Made by a program: the position numbers and the translations under genes. This document shows positions 20,396 through 31,920 of a DNA stretch of 64,000 bases, in pieces; position 1 is the stretch's first letter, and every line of letters starts with the position of its first letter. Under the pieces are notes generated by a model that worked only from the letters and a program-made list of their open reading frames with translations, did no database searches and was not told where the DNA came from. The DNA comes from TPA_inf: Saccharomyces. Taxonomy: Eukaryota. The stretch is from the NCBI GenBank assembly GCA_000146045.2, contig BK006948.2, forward strand, positions 96,001 to 160,000, in the 5' to 3' direction.

Positions 20396-21454
20396 TTAAC
20401 AATTCAGAATCTCATCTGTAAAGCATTGTAATATCGCTGAAAAAGTGAAAAACATTAGTTTCTTGACTGCTTCATCATTTGAATGGTCTTCCAATACCAA
20501 GAGATGTGCTGGCCTGACAAAGGATTTCACCCTCTCACTTGTAATTTCATCTGCCATCTGCACAATACCATTTGTAAAAATTAAAATACCGTTTTGACAA
20601 TCTAGCCATAAACCAAAATTCAGTTTATATTTTCTGGGTTTTCTGAAAACGTCCAAGAGACTCAAAGCATTTTTATTAAGTAAAATTGTTGTGAATTCAT
20701 CAATCGAACAACTGTATGAAGGTTGGAATGTAAAGTACCTTTGTGTTAATTTTATTACGAGTTCCCTGAGAACATTCGGAATGTTCTGATGGACCGTGGC
20801 ATTTGGCTGAGTTAATTCAGACCATTGTTGCCATTTCACCAACAGGTCATGTAAAATAAGCTCATTAAACGACTCAATGAGTTTTGACCAGTTAGCGTAA
20901 ACTTTGGTGAAATCTTTTTCTGGGCCAAATTTTGTTAAAACGGTTTCAAAGCGATTAACATATTCCTGAATTAGCTTGTAGGTTTTGGAGTTGGATTTGT
21001 CAAAGGAACAAATTCTAGGTATAATACACATCTTTAGTAATTGACTTCTATGGCGGGATACTCCAGAATTGACGACATTAACCAAGGTGGTATCACTATC
21101 GTTCCGATCTTCCCCTTCCTTTTGCCTGCTGAGTTGGAAATAGTGTGAAAAATCCTTCTGAACCAAAGAACTCAATTGACAATCTTTAAATATTTGCAGT
21201 GGGTAGTAACGTTTTGTAGAATCCTGCAAATTCGTAACGAGATCGACTTGATTCAAACAATATAACACAAACACGTAGTTCTTATGACCTCTAAACATCG
21301 GCGGGCAAACATTCGACGCAACTCCTTCTAGTGGCAAGAAATTAAGTTCCTCTTGCAGAGTATGCAACTTTGAGTCATGGAATTCAGTACAATTTCCAGA
21401 GGATGATGCTACAGGCTGCAGCAAAATACTTGCTAACCTATTATCCTTACTCAT
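20396..21454 (-). CDS. NDJ1: Meiosis-specific telomere/bouquet protein Ndj1, 352 aa
   Basis: 352-aa ORF. Length and position (between WSC3 and the Ty1/ITR2 region) match NDJ1 (YOL104C). No diagnostic motif used. Confidence 0.75.
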   Translation of the reverse strand: MSKDNRLASILLQPVASSSGNCTEFHDSKLHTLQEELNFLPLEGVASNVCPPMFRGHKNYVFVLYCLNQVDLVTNLQDSTKRYYPLQIFKDCQLSSLVQKDFSHYFQLSRQKEGEDRNDSDTTLVNVVNSGVSRHRSQLLKMCIIPRICSFDKSNSKTYKLIQEYVNRFETVLTKFGPEKDFTKVYANWSKLIESFNELILHDLLVKWQQWSELTQPNATVHQNIPNVLRELVIKLTQRYFTFQPSYSCSIDEFTTILLNKNALSLLDVFRKPRKYKLNFGLWLDCQNGILIFTNGIVQMADEITSERVKSFVRPAHLLVLEDHSNDEAVKKLMFFTFSAILQCFTDEILNC

Positions 21455-21697
21455 TATAGTTTTTCTACCTGTATTTTTATCCTAAGTTGTATATGGTATA
21501 GTTCATGACAATATTTTTGATATATCTGTCAAAATAGCCGCCCAACTTCTACGCCCGGTACGTCACTGAGTACGAAACGGATATATATCTTCCATTTGTA
21601 ACTATTACTCTCAACTACAAAACAAAACGTGGTTGCTAGTCTTAGTGATTTTATTTACCACATGGATTACTTTAATTCGCATACTTTTCCATCCACT

Positions 21698-21702
21698 CCT
21701 TC
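21698..21702. repeat. Ty1 target-site duplication, left copy (CCTTC)
   Basis: The five bases CCTTC immediately precede the 5' LTR TGTTGG..., and the identical CCTTC follows the 3' LTR ...TTCTCA at 27629..27633. Confidence 0.9.
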
Positions 21703-22040
21703 TGTTGGAATAAAAATCCACTATCGTCTATCAACTAATAGTTATATTATCAATATATTATCATATACGGTGTTAAGATGATGACATAAGTTATGAGAAG
21801 CTGTCATCGATGTTAGAGGAAGCTGAAACGCAAGGATTGATAATGTAATAGGATCAATGAATATAAACATATAAAACGGAATGAGGAATAATCGTAATAT
21901 TAGTATGTAGAAATATAGATTCCATTTTGAGGATTCCTATATCCTCGAGGAGAACTTCTAGTATATTCTGTATACCTAATATTATAGCCTTTATCAACAA
22001 TGGAATCCCAACAATTATCTAATTACCCACAAATTTCTCA
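21703..22040 (+). repeat. Ty1 5' LTR (delta), 338 bp
   Basis: TGTTGGAATAAAAATCCACTATCG ... AATTACCCACAAATTTCTCA. The TYA ATG (22000) lies inside the LTR U5 region, as is canonical for Ty1. Confidence 0.95.
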
Positions 22041-23322
22041 TGGTAGCGCCTGTGCTTCGGTTACTTCTAAGGAAGTCCACACAAATCAAGATCCGTTAGA
22101 CGTTTCAGCTTCCAAAACAGAAGAATGTGAGAAGGCTTCCACTAAGGCTAACTCTCAACAGACAACAACACCTGCTTCATCAGCTGTTCCAGAGAACCCC
22201 CATCATGCCTCTCCTCAACCTGCTTCAGTACCACCTCCACAGAATGGGCCGTACCCACAGCAGTGCATGATGACCCAAAACCAAGCCAATCCATCTGGTT
22301 GGTCATTTTACGGACACCCATCTATGATTCCGTATACACCTTATCAAATGTCGCCTATGTACTTTCCACCTGGGCCACAATCACAGTTTCCGCAGTATCC
22401 ATCATCAGTTGGAACGCCTCTGAGCACTCCATCACCTGAGTCAGGTAATACATTTACTGATTCATCCTCAGCGGACTCTGATATGACATCCACTAAAAAA
22501 TATGTCAGACCACCACCAATGTTAACCTCACCTAATGACTTTCCAAATTGGGTTAAAACATACATCAAATTTTTACAAAACTCGAATCTCGGTGGTATTA
22601 TTCCGACAGTAAACGGAAAACCCGTACGTCAGATCACTGATGATGAACTCACCTTCTTGTATAACACTTTTCAAATATTTGCTCCCTCTCAATTCCTACC
22701 TACCTGGGTCAAAGACATCCTATCCGTTGATTATACGGATATCATGAAAATTCTTTCCAAAAGTATTGAAAAAATGCAATCTGATACCCAAGAGGCAAAC
22801 GACATTGTGACCCTGGCAAATTTGCAATATAATGGCAGTACACCTGCAGATGCATTTGAAACAAAAGTCACAAACATTATCAACAGACTGAACAATAATG
22901 GCATTCATATCAATAACAAGGTCGCATGCCAATTAATTATGAGAGGTCTATCTGGCGAATATAAATTTTTACGCTACACACGTCATCGACATCTAAATAT
23001 GACAGTCGCTGAACTGTTCTTAGATATCCATGCTATTTATGAAGAACAACAGGGATCGAGAAACAGCAAACCTAATTACAGGAGAAATCTGAGTGATGAG
23101 AAGAATGATTCTCGCAGCTATACGAATACAACCAAACCCAAAGTTATAGCTCGGAATCCTCAAAAAACAAATAATTCGAAATCGAAAACAGCCAGGGCTC
23201 ACAATGTATCCACATCTAATAACTCTCCCAGCACGGACAACGATTCCATCAGTAAATCAACTACTGAACCGATTCAATTGAACAATAAGCACGACCTTCA
23301 CCTTAGGCCAGGAACTTACTGA
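22000..23322 (+). CDS. TYA: Ty1 TYA (Gag capsid protein), 440 aa
   Basis: [45 protein letters not shown]..., typical Ty1 Gag. Ends at TGA 23320..23322, just after the frameshift heptamer. Confidence 0.95.
   Translation: MESQQLSNYPQISHGSACASVTSKEVHTNQDPLDVSASKTEECEKASTKANSQQTTTPASSAVPENPHHASPQPASVPPPQNGPYPQQCMMTQNQANPSGWSFYGHPSMIPYTPYQMSPMYFPPGPQSQFPQYPSSVGTPLSTPSPESGNTFTDSSSADSDMTSTKKYVRPPPMLTSPNDFPNWVKTYIKFLQNSNLGGIIPTVNGKPVRQITDDELTFLYNTFQIFAPSQFLPTWVKDILSVDYTDIMKILSKSIEKMQSDTQEANDIVTLANLQYNGSTPADAFETKVTNIINRLNNNGIHINNKVACQLIMRGLSGEYKFLRYTRHRHLNMTVAELFLDIHAIYEEQQGSRNSKPNYRRNLSDEKNDSRSYTNTTKPKVIARNPQKTNNSKSKTARAHNVSTSNNSPSTDNDSISKSTTEPIQLNNKHDLHLRPGTY
22041..22050 (+). other. Ty1 minus-strand primer-binding site (complementary to the 3' end of initiator tRNA-Met)
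   Basis: TGGTAGCGCC immediately 3' of the 5' LTR. Confidence 0.85.
23302..23308 (+). other. Ty1 +1 ribosomal frameshift site (CUU-AGG-C heptamer) joining TYA to TYB
   Basis: CTTAGGC lies in the TYA frame (23302 is a codon start relative to 22000). The +1 frame beginning GGC at 23306 is open through 27268. Confidence 0.85.
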
Positions 23323-26300
23323 ATCTACGGTAAATCACACTAATCATTCTGATGATGAACTCCCTGGACACCTCCTTCTCGATTCAGGAGCATCACGAAC
23401 CCTTATAAGATCTGCTCATCACATACACTCAGCATCATCTAATCCTGACATAAACGTAGTTGATGCTCAAAAAAGAAATATACCAATTAACGCTATTGGT
23501 GACCTACAATTTCACTTCCAGGACAACACCAAAACATCAATAAAGGTATTGCACACTCCTAACATAGCCTATGACTTACTCAGTTTGAATGAATTGGCTG
23601 CAGTAGATATCACAGCATGCTTTACCAAAAACGTCTTAGAACGATCTGACGGCACTGTACTTGCACCTATCGTAAAATATGGAGACTTTTACTGGGTATC
23701 TAAAAAGTACTTGCTTCCATCAAATATCTCCGTACCCACCATCAATAATGTCCATACAAGTGAAAGTACACGCAAATATCCTTATCCTTTCATTCATCGA
23801 ATGCTTGCACATGCCAATGCACAGACAATTCGATACTCACTTAAAAATAACACCATCACGTATTTTAACGAATCAGATGTCGACTGGTCTAGTGCTATTG
23901 ACTATCAATGTCCTGATTGTTTAATCGGCAAAAGCACCAAACACAGACATATCAAAGGTTCACGACTAAAATACCAAAATTCATACGAACCCTTTCAATA
24001 CCTACATACTGACATATTTGGTCCAGTTCACAACCTACCAAAAAGTGCACCATCCTATTTCATCTCATTTACTGATGAGACAACAAAATTCCGTTGGGTT
24101 TATCCATTACACGACCGTCGCGAGGACTCTATCCTCGATGTTTTTACTACGATACTAGCTTTTATTAAGAACCAGTTTCAGGCCAGTGTCTTGGTTATAC
24201 AAATGGACCGTGGTTCTGAGTATACTAACAGAACTCTCCATAAATTCCTTGAAAAAAATGGTATAACTCCATGCTATACAACCACAGCGGATTCCCGAGC
24301 ACATGGAGTCGCTGAACGGCTCAACCGTACCTTATTAGATGACTGCCGTACTCAACTGCAATGTAGTGGTTTACCGAACCATTTATGGTTCTCTGCAATC
24401 GAATTTTCTACTATTGTGAGAAATTCACTAGCTTCACCTAAAAGCAAAAAATCTGCAAGACAACATGCTGGCTTGGCAGGACTTGATATCAGTACTTTGT
24501 TACCTTTCGGTCAACCTGTTATCGTCAATGATCACAACCCTAACTCCAAAATACATCCTCGTGGCATCCCAGGCTACGCTCTACATCCGTCTCGAAACTC
24601 TTATGGATATATCATCTATCTTCCATCCTTAAAGAAGACAGTAGATACAACTAACTATGTTATTCTTCAGGGCAAGGAATCCAGATTAGATCAATTCAAT
24701 TACGACGCACTCACTTTCGATGAAGACTTAAACCGTTTAACTGCTTCATATCAATCGTTCATTGCGTCAAATGAGATCCAACAATCCGATGATCTTAACA
24801 TAGAATCTGACCATGACTTCCAATCTGACATCGAACTACATCCTGAGCAACCGAGAAATGTCCTTTCAAAAGCTGTGAGTCCAACCGATTCCACACCTCC
24901 GTCAACTCATACTGAAGATTCGAAACGTGTTTCTAAAACCAATATTCGCGCACCCAGAGAAGTTGACCCCAACATATCTGAATCTAATATTCTTCCATCA
25001 AAGAAGAGATCTAGCACCCCCCAAATTTCCAATATCGAGAGTACCGGTTCGGGTGGTATGCATAAATTAAATGTTCCTTTACTTGCTCCCATGTCCCAAT
25101 CTAACACACATGAGTCGTCGCACGCCAGTAAATCTAAAGATTTCAGACACTCAGACTCGTACAGTGAAAATGAGACTAATCATACAAACGTACCAATATC
25201 CAGTACGGGTGGTACCAACAACAAAACTGTTCCGCAGATAAGTGACCAAGAGACTGAGAAAAGGATTATACACCGTTCACCTTCAATCGATGCTTCTCCA
25301 CCGGAAAATAATTCATCGCACAATATTGTTCCTATCAAAACGCCAACTACTGTTTCTGAACAGAATACCGAGGAATCTATCATCGCTGATCTCCCACTCC
25401 CTGATCTACCTCCAGAATCTCCTACCGAATTCCCTGACCCATTTAAAGAACTCCCACCGATAAATTCTCATCAAACTAATTCCAGTTTGGGTGGTATTGG
25501 TGACTCTAATGCCTATACTACTATCAACAGTAAGAAAAGATCATTAGAAGATAATGAAACTGAAATTAAGGTATCACGAGACACATGGAATACTAAGAAT
25601 ATGCGTAGTTTAGAACCTCCGAGATCGAAGAAACGAATTCACCTGATTGCAGCTGTAAAAGCAGTAAAATCAATCAAACCAATACGGACAACCTTACGAT
25701 ACGATGAGGCAATCACCTATAATAAAGATATTAAAGAAAAAGAAAAATATATCGAGGCATACCACAAAGAAGTCAATCAACTGTTGAAGATGAAAACTTG
25801 GGACACTGACGAATATTATGACAGAAAAGAAATAGACCCTAAAAGAGTAATAAACTCAATGTTTATCTTCAACAAGAAACGTGACGGTACTCATAAAGCT
25901 AGATTTGTTGCAAGAGGTGATATTCAGCATCCTGACACTTACGACTCAGGCATGCAATCCAATACCGTACATCACTATGCATTAATGACATCCCTGTCAC
26001 TTGCATTAGACAATAACTACTATATTACACAATTAGACATATCTTCGGCATATTTGTATGCAGACATCAAAGAAGAATTATACATAAGACCTCCACCACA
26101 TTTAGGAATGAATGATAAGTTGATACGTTTGAAGAAATCACTTTATGGATTGAAACAAAGTGGAGCGAACTGGTACGAAACTATCAAATCATACCTGATA
26201 AAACAGTGTGGTATGGAAGAAGTTCGTGGATGGTCATGCGTATTTAAGAATAGTCAAGTAACAATATGTTTATTTGTTGACGACATGATTTTATTCAGCA

Positions 26301-27268
26301 AAGACTTAAATGCAAATAAGAAAATCATAACAACACTCAAGAAACAATACGATACAAAGATAATAAATCTGGGTGAAAGTGATAACGAAATTCAGTACGA
26401 CATACTTGGCTTAGAAATCAAATATCAAAGAGGTAAATACATGAAATTAGGTATGGAAAACTCATTAACTGAGAAAATACCCAAATTAAACGTACCTTTG
26501 AATCCAAAAGGAAGAAAACTTAGCGCTCCAGGTCAACCAGGTCTTTATATAGACCAGGATGAACTAGAAATAGATGAAGATGAATACAAAGAGAAGGTAC
26601 ATGAAATGCAAAAGTTGATTGGTCTAGCTTCATATGTTGGATATAAATTTAGATTTGACTTACTATACTACATCAACACACTTGCTCAACATATACTATT
26701 CCCCTCTAGGCAAGTTTTAGACATGACATATGAGTTGATACAATTCATGTGGGACACTAGAGATAAACAACTGATATGGCACAAAAACAAACCTACCGAG
26801 CCAGATAATAAACTAGTCGCAATAAGTGATGCTTCGTATGGCAACCAACCGTATTATAAATCACAAATTGGCAACATATATTTACTTAATGGAAAGGTAA
26901 TTGGAGGAAAGTCCACCAAGGCTTCATTAACATGTACTTCAACTACGGAAGCAGAAATACACGCGATAAGTGAATCTGTCCCATTATTAAATAATCTAAG
27001 TTACCTGATACAAGAACTTAACAAGAAACCAATTATTAAAGGCTTACTTACTGATAGTAGATCAACGATCAGTATAATTAAGTCTACAAATGAAGAGAAA
27101 TTTAGAAACAGATTTTTTGGCACAAAGGCAATGAGACTTAGAGATGAAGTATCAGGTAATAATTTATACGTATACTACATCGAGACCAAGAAGAACATTG
27201 CTGATGTGATGACAAAACCTCTTCCGATAAAAACATTCAAACTATTAACAAACAAATGGATTCATTAG
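23306..27268 (+). CDS. TYB: Ty1 TYB (Pol: protease, integrase, reverse transcriptase, RNase H), expressed as a Gag-Pol fusion via +1 frameshift
   Basis: +1 frame open from 23306; the first in-frame Met is at 23549. Protease D(S/T)G ([11 protein letters not shown]); integrase zinc motif H..H...C..C ([10 protein letters not shown] ... CPDCLIGK) and D,D(35)E; RT YXDD ([10 protein letters not shown]). Confidence 0.9.
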   Translation, partial: GQELTESTVNHTNHSDDELPGHLLLDSGASRTLIRSAHHIHSASSNPDINVVDAQKRNIPINAIGDLQFHFQDNTKTSIKVLHTPNIAYDLLSLNELAAVDITACFTKNVLERSDGTVLAPIVKYGDFYWVSKKYLLPSNISVPTINNVHTSESTRKYPYPFIHRMLAHANAQTIRYSLKNNTITYFNESDVDWSSAIDYQCPDCLIGKSTKHRHIKGSRLKYQNSYEPFQYLHTDIFGPVHNLPKSAPSYFISFTDETTKFRWVYPLHDRREDSILDVFTTILAFIKNQFQASVLVIQMDRGSEYTNRTLHKFLEKNGITPCYTTTADSRAHGVAERLNRTLLDDCRTQLQCSGLPNHLWFSAIEFSTIVRNSLASPKSKKSARQHAGLAGLDISTLLPFGQPVIVNDHNPNSKIHPRGIPGYALHPSRNSYGYIIYLPSLKKTVDTTNYVILQGKESRLDQFNYDALTFDEDLNRLTASYQSFIASNEIQQSDDLNIESDHDFQSDIELHPEQPRNVLSKAVSPTDSTPPSTHTEDSKRVSKTNIRAPREVDPNISESNILPSKKRSSTPQISNIESTGSGGMHKLNVPLLAPMSQSNTHESSHASKSKDFRHSDSYSENETNHTNVPISSTGGTNNKTVPQISDQETEKRIIHRSPSIDASPPENNSSHNIVPIKTPTTVSEQNTEESIIADLPLPDLPPESPTEFPDPFKELPPINSHQTNSSLGGIGDSNAYTTINSKKRSLEDNETEIKVSRDTWNTKNMRSLEPPRSKKRIHLIAAVKAVKSIKPIRTTLRYDEAITYNKDIKEKEKYIEAYHKEVNQLLKMKTWDTDEYYDRKEIDPKRVINSMFIFNKKRDGTHKARFVARGDIQHPDTYDSGMQSNTVHHYALMTSLSLALDNNYYITQLDISSAYLYADIKEELYIRPPPHLGMNDKLIRLKKSLYGLKQSGANWYETIKSYLIKQCGMEEVRGWSCVFKNSQVTICLFVDDMILFSKDLNANKKIITTLKKQYDTKIINLGESDNEIQYDILGLEIKYQRGKYMKLGMENSLTEKIPKLNVPLNPKGRKLSAPGQPGLYIDQDELEIDEDEYKEKVHEMQKLIGLASYVGYKFRFDLLYYINTLAQHILFPSRQVLDMTYELIQFMWDTRDKQLIWHKNKPTEPDNKLVAISDASYGNQPYYKSQIGNIYLLNGKVIGGKSTKASLTCTSTTEAEIHAISESVPLLNNLSYLIQELNKKPIIKGLLTDSRSTISIIKSTNEEKFRNRFFGTKAMRLRDEVSGNNLYVYYIETKKNIADVMTKPLPIKTFKLLTNKWIH

Positions 27269-27282
27269 ATCTATTACATTAT

Positions 27283-27290
27283 GGGTGGTA
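27283..27290 (+). other. Ty1 polypurine tract (plus-strand primer)
   Basis: GGGTGGTA immediately 5' of the 3' LTR. Confidence 0.8.
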
Positions 27291-27628
27291 TGTTGGAATA
27301 AAAATCCACTATCGTCTATCAACTAATAGTTATATTATCAATATATTATCATATACGGTGTTAAGATGATGACATAAGTTATGAGAAGCTGTCATCGATG
27401 TTAGAGGAAGCTGAAACGCAAGGATTGATAATGTAATAGGATCAATGAATATAAACATATAAAACGGAATGAGGAATAATCGTAATATTAGTATGTAGAA
27501 ATATAGATTCCATTTTGAGGATTCCTATATCCTCGAGGAGAACTTCTAGTATATTCTGTATACCTAATATTATAGCCTTTATCAACAATGGAATCCCAAC
27601 AATTATCTCAACATTCACCCATTTCTCA
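27291..27628 (+). repeat. Ty1 3' LTR (delta), 338 bp
   Basis: Identical to the 5' LTR over the first 318 bp. Differs at 7 of the last 20 bp (CAACATTCACCCATTTCTCA versus AATTACCCACAAATTTCTCA in the 5' LTR). Confidence 0.95.
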
Positions 27629-27633
27629 CCTTC
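27629..27633. repeat. Ty1 target-site duplication, right copy (CCTTC)
   Basis: See left copy at 21698..21702. Confidence 0.9.
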
Positions 27634-27991
27634 AGCTCAAATCCTCATCCCGGAACCTTTTTTCTTATTTGTTCCCTCTTCTACTACAAGAGCTTTCAAA
27701 TTGTAGTCAAAAACCCGCTTTACTAAAAAAACATCGCCAAAAAAATTTCCAAAATCGCTCGTCTTGCCACTAAAAGTATGCAAAATATTATGTGAAGCAA
27801 AGTTATTTCGTGTCTTCCGCCTAACAGAACGTAAGCAGTTGACCATACTTTAGTATAGAGTACGAAAAAACACAAAGAATACCTTAATAAAATAAACATT
27901 GTCGTTCGCTAGGAAAACGGTAACGAAAACAAAAAACTAAAAGAAGAAAAGAGGCAGGACGCAGTAAAAGCAAGAAAACTGCTTTTTTTTC

Positions 27992-29830
27992 ATGGCTGAA
28001 ATGAAGAATTCGACAGCTGCTAGTTCCAGATGGACGAAGAGTCGTCTCTCCCATTTCTTTCCCTCGTACACTAATAGCAGTGGTATGGGGGCCGCCTCAA
28101 CTGATCAATCTTCTACGCAGGGAGAAGAACTGCACCATAGGAAGCACTGTGAAGAAGACAATGATGGTCAAAAACCGAAAAAGTCTCCCGTATCCACCTC
28201 TACAATGCAAATAAAATCTAGACAGGATGAGGACGAGGATGACGGTCGAATTGTCATTAAACCAGTTAACGATGAAGATGATACATCAGTGATTATAACT
28301 TTCAATCAGTCAATATCCCCTTTTATTATTACATTGACATTCGTTGCGTCCATTTCTGGGTTCATGTTTGGTTATGATACTGGTTACATATCGAGTGCGC
28401 TAATTTCTATCAATAGAGATTTAGACAACAAAGTTTTAACTTATGGAGAAAAAGAATTAATTACGGCCGCCACATCATTGGGCGCTTTGATTACAAGTGT
28501 GGGCGCTGGTACTGCTGCTGATGTGTTTGGAAGAAGACCATGTTTAATGTTCTCCAATCTGATGTTTTTGATCGGAGCAATTTTACAAATTACCGCGCAC
28601 AAGTTTTGGCAAATGGCGGCCGGTAGACTGATTATGGGTTTCGGTGTCGGTATTGGTTCTTTGATTTCTCCTCTTTTTATTAGTGAAATTGCTCCTAAGA
28701 TGATCAGGGGTAGGTTAACCGTTATAAATTCCCTATGGCTGACAGGTGGTCAATTGATTGCTTACGGTTGTGGTGCGGGCCTGAACCACGTCAAAAACGG
28801 TTGGAGAATCTTAGTTGGTTTGTCCTTGATACCTACTGTTTTGCAGTTTTCTTTTTTCTGTTTTTTGCCGGATACACCAAGATACTACGTAATGAAAGGC
28901 GATTTAAAGAGAGCAAAAATGGTTCTCAAACGAAGTTACGTAAACACTGAAGATGAAATAATTGATCAAAAAGTTGAAGAATTATCTAGCTTAAATCAAT
29001 CGATACCAGGAAAAAATCCAATAACAAAATTCTGGAATATGGTCAAGGAATTGCACACTGTGCCTTCAAATTTCAGAGCTTTGATTATTGGTTGTGGTCT
29101 ACAAGCCATTCAACAATTCACAGGTTGGAATTCCTTAATGTATTTCTCCGGTACAATATTTGAAACTGTTGGATTCAAAAATTCTTCTGCCGTTTCTATT
29201 ATTGTCTCAGGTACTAATTTTGTGTTCACATTAATAGCATTTTTCTGTATTGATAAAATCGGCCGTAGGTACATTTTACTGATTGGACTACCTGGTATGA
29301 CTGTGGCGCTGGTTATATGTGCTATAGCGTTCCATTTCCTAGGTATTAAGTTTAACGGTGCTGATGCAGTAGTGGCATCTGATGGATTTTCATCTTGGGG
29401 CATTGTCATTATCGTATTTATTATTGTGTATGCAGCCTTTTATGCCCTCGGTATCGGCACTGTTCCATGGCAACAATCGGAATTATTTCCACAAAACGTC
29501 AGAGGTGTAGGGACATCCTACGCTACTGCCACCAATTGGGCAGGTTCTTTAGTCATTGCGTCTACGTTCTTGACTATGTTACAAAATATTACACCAACGG
29601 GTACATTTTCATTCTTTGCCGGTGTAGCATGTTTATCAACCATTTTTTGTTACTTTTGTTATCCAGAACTATCAGGATTGGAGTTAGAGGAAGTTCAAAC
29701 AATTTTAAAGGACGGATTCAATATCAAAGCCTCTAAAGCTCTAGCTAAAAAGAGGAAACAACAGGTGGCCGAAGGTGCTGCCCATCATAAACTCAAATTC
29801 GAACCTACACAGGAAATTGTAGAAAGTTAG
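27992..29830 (+). CDS. ITR2: Myo-inositol transporter (MFS sugar-porter family), 612 aa
   Basis: 12-TM sugar-porter ORF with family signatures (GRRP... at the TM2-3 loop, PESPR-like DTPRYYV, PETKG-like region, GWN...Y.GT.F). Position downstream of NDJ1/Ty1 matches ITR2 (YOL103W). Confidence 0.85.
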
Positions 29831-29996
29831 ACTGCTACACCAACAAAAAATAAAAGATAAAGAACAAAAAAGAAGGAAGAAAGCTATAAAAGGGAGACAA
29901 TTCATTTCATCTAATCTTAAAAGTTTTTATTTAAATATATAAGTAAGAGCGAAGTATTTAAAAATAAAAATTCATAAAAGTTGAGCTTGATGAAAG

Positions 29997-30689
29997 TTAT
30001 ATCTTTTCGAGCGGTATGTTTCTTTCGTGTAAAATTCTTCTTAAAGTATCTAACTTCTCCTCATCTTTCAAGTTTCCTTTAACTACAACTTTTTGGATCA
30101 ATTCAACGGGAATACTGCTGCTTAAGTAAACATTATTGAGCGACCTGAACATTTTCAAAGTTTGAAAGAATAATGGAGAATGGCAGTCGATGAAAATATA
30201 GACGTTACTTGAAGAACGCATTCCACTAATAACTCCCTTCGCGTGCAACATCCCCGGCGATAAATGGACATGATTTCTACTCATTGGTGATATTGCTCCG
30301 GATTCAATAATCTTTATGACAGATTGAAGATTTGTTCCATGAATTAGTTCCTGTGGTAACTGCGACGCTTCAGTAATTGGTACGAGAACCTCATCTGATG
30401 GCTGAATCGATTTGATTGAATGTCCCTGAGTAGCACAGATCCATTCTTCGTCCGCTCCTAACGTTTTTATATGAAAGCGTTGTTTGTCATTTTCCTTAAC
30501 AATGCGATGGATATCATCCACCGTACATTTATGAGTTTTCAATCTATTATGAGACAATAGTTCTTTCAGCGGTGTATAACCGTTTGAGTCAATAGTCAAC
30601 TTTTCTTTCACCGCTGTATGTCGAAGCAGATATGATAAAGCTTTGGAAAGCTGTACATCCCTTTTATCTTTTTGTAGTACCTGGCGCAT
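29997..30689 (-). CDS. TPT1: tRNA 2'-phosphotransferase (Tpt1/KptA family), 230 aa from Met at 30689. The ORF extends 4 codons upstream to 30701.
   Basis: KptA/Tpt1 signature LSKALSYLLRHTA near the N-terminus and a conserved HGT..ES...GI region. Matches TPT1 (YOL102C). Confidence 0.85.
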   Translation of the reverse strand: MRQVLQKDKRDVQLSKALSYLLRHTAVKEKLTIDSNGYTPLKELLSHNRLKTHKCTVDDIHRIVKENDKQRFHIKTLGADEEWICATQGHSIKSIQPSDEVLVPITEASQLPQELIHGTNLQSVIKIIESGAISPMSRNHVHLSPGMLHAKGVISGMRSSSNVYIFIDCHSPLFFQTLKMFRSLNNVYLSSSIPVELIQKVVVKGNLKDEEKLDTLRRILHERNIPLEKI

Positions 30690-30981
30690 TGTCAAGTCCA
30701 CCTTTCCCAGTCATTCTGCTCAATTCTGTAATAATGTATTATGCATTTTGCCATTATTTTGATGAGCTTTCCTCGCGTCACGGTGTCAGTAAAAAAGAAC
30801 AAATACATCACGAAGACAGAAATACGGACAAGAACCGCAGAAGACATTAAAGTCAAAACATGAAGCTTAATTCAACTCGTGTAAGTATCTTTAAAGGAGA
30901 TACACTTCCCATTCTTGAATTATTTTTTTATTTAATTTGCCTTATTTATTCAATTATTTATTATGTGAGCACCAGCTGAGT

Positions 30982-31920
30982 CTAAGACTTGAAATTAATT
31001 AATTCGGGCTGATTCAAACTTGAATGCATCAAAATATAAGATTGAATCAAAATGAAAAAATGGTAAAAAGCCGTACCAGAAATCAAGAGATGGAAAAGGT
31101 ACTCGGAATGATTCCAACCTTCTTCCTTTTTATTTCGTCTGAACAATGATTCAGGGAACCTGGTAACGTAAATTATAGATGCCGCTACCAAAGCCACAAG
31201 TTCCCACGTAATTGCGTTCACTTTTATCCTCTCTTTCAGGTTTTCTAAACCATCAAAGGTGATTATTGCGGTTAATAGTGGCAAGGAACAACACACTACT
31301 GATACCGAAATGAAGAAAACTGTTTTATTGAATCTTTTCGAGGAAATGAGTTTGTCCGTCAATATAAAAAAGTATGCCACTAATCCTATGAAGTTCATTA
31401 AAAGGGTAAAAATTTTGAAGAAAAACACGTAATCATAGAATAGATAATAAAGAATTGTGATTTGTGATGATATCAATAAGTTGATATTCGATAAATACGA
31501 AAACTTCTGCCAATGTTCGAGATGTTGTTGTAGAGAAATATTTTTGACGAAGTGATAAATGAAATGCACCATACAAAATACAAAAACGTTCAATAAATAA
31601 AAATTGAATACAATGTAGTCTGTCATTGTAGTGGTGGTGGGGAACAAAGGTATCAAATAAAAGTCCGTGAAAAATATTAGGAGACAAAATGACAGCATCG
31701 AACCCAAGAGATATATTAGTGCTACTAGTGACTCGTTCCTACTGGATTTATTTTTGTACTGTTTCTGCAATTTTGCCAAGTCATGGAATGGAAAACCCTT
31801 CTTTGTTTCTTTTGTCTCTGCATTCTCGTTCGAATCTGTCCCCCTAGTATCATTGCTCTCTTTCTCAGTGGTTGTCTCGCATTTGACTGGGCTTTGCTCT
31901 ATTGTAGTCAATGAAACCAT
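30982..31920 (-). CDS. IZH4: PAQR/hemolysin-III-family membrane protein (Izh4), 312 aa
   Basis: 312-aa ORF with a soluble N-terminus followed by seven hydrophobic helices. Length and position match IZH4 (YOL101C). Confidence 0.8.
   Translation of the reverse strand: MVSLTTIEQSPVKCETTTEKESNDTRGTDSNENAETKETKKGFPFHDLAKLQKQYKNKSSRNESLVALIYLLGSMLSFCLLIFFTDFYLIPLFPTTTTMTDYIVFNFYLLNVFVFCMVHFIYHFVKNISLQQHLEHWQKFSYLSNINLLISSQITILYYLFYDYVFFFKIFTLLMNFIGLVAYFFILTDKLISSKRFNKTVFFISVSVVCCSLPLLTAIITFDGLENLKERIKVNAITWELVALVAASIIYVTRFPESLFRRNKKEEGWNHSEYLFHLLISGTAFYHFFILIQSYILMHSSLNQPELINFKS

Larger units (their letters stand above)
21703..27628 (+). mobile_element. Full-length Ty1 (copia-like) LTR retrotransposon, 5,926 bp, apparently intact
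   Basis: 338-bp direct LTRs (TGTTGG...TTCTCA) flank TYA (gag) and TYB (pol), with a tRNA-iMet primer-binding site TGGTAGCGCC next to the 5' LTR and a polypurine tract GGGTGGTA next to the 3' LTR. It has a 5-bp TSD. Pol shows PR ([11 protein letters not shown]), IN (HHCC ... D,D35E), RT (FVDDM) and RNase H, with no internal stops. Confidence 0.95.
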
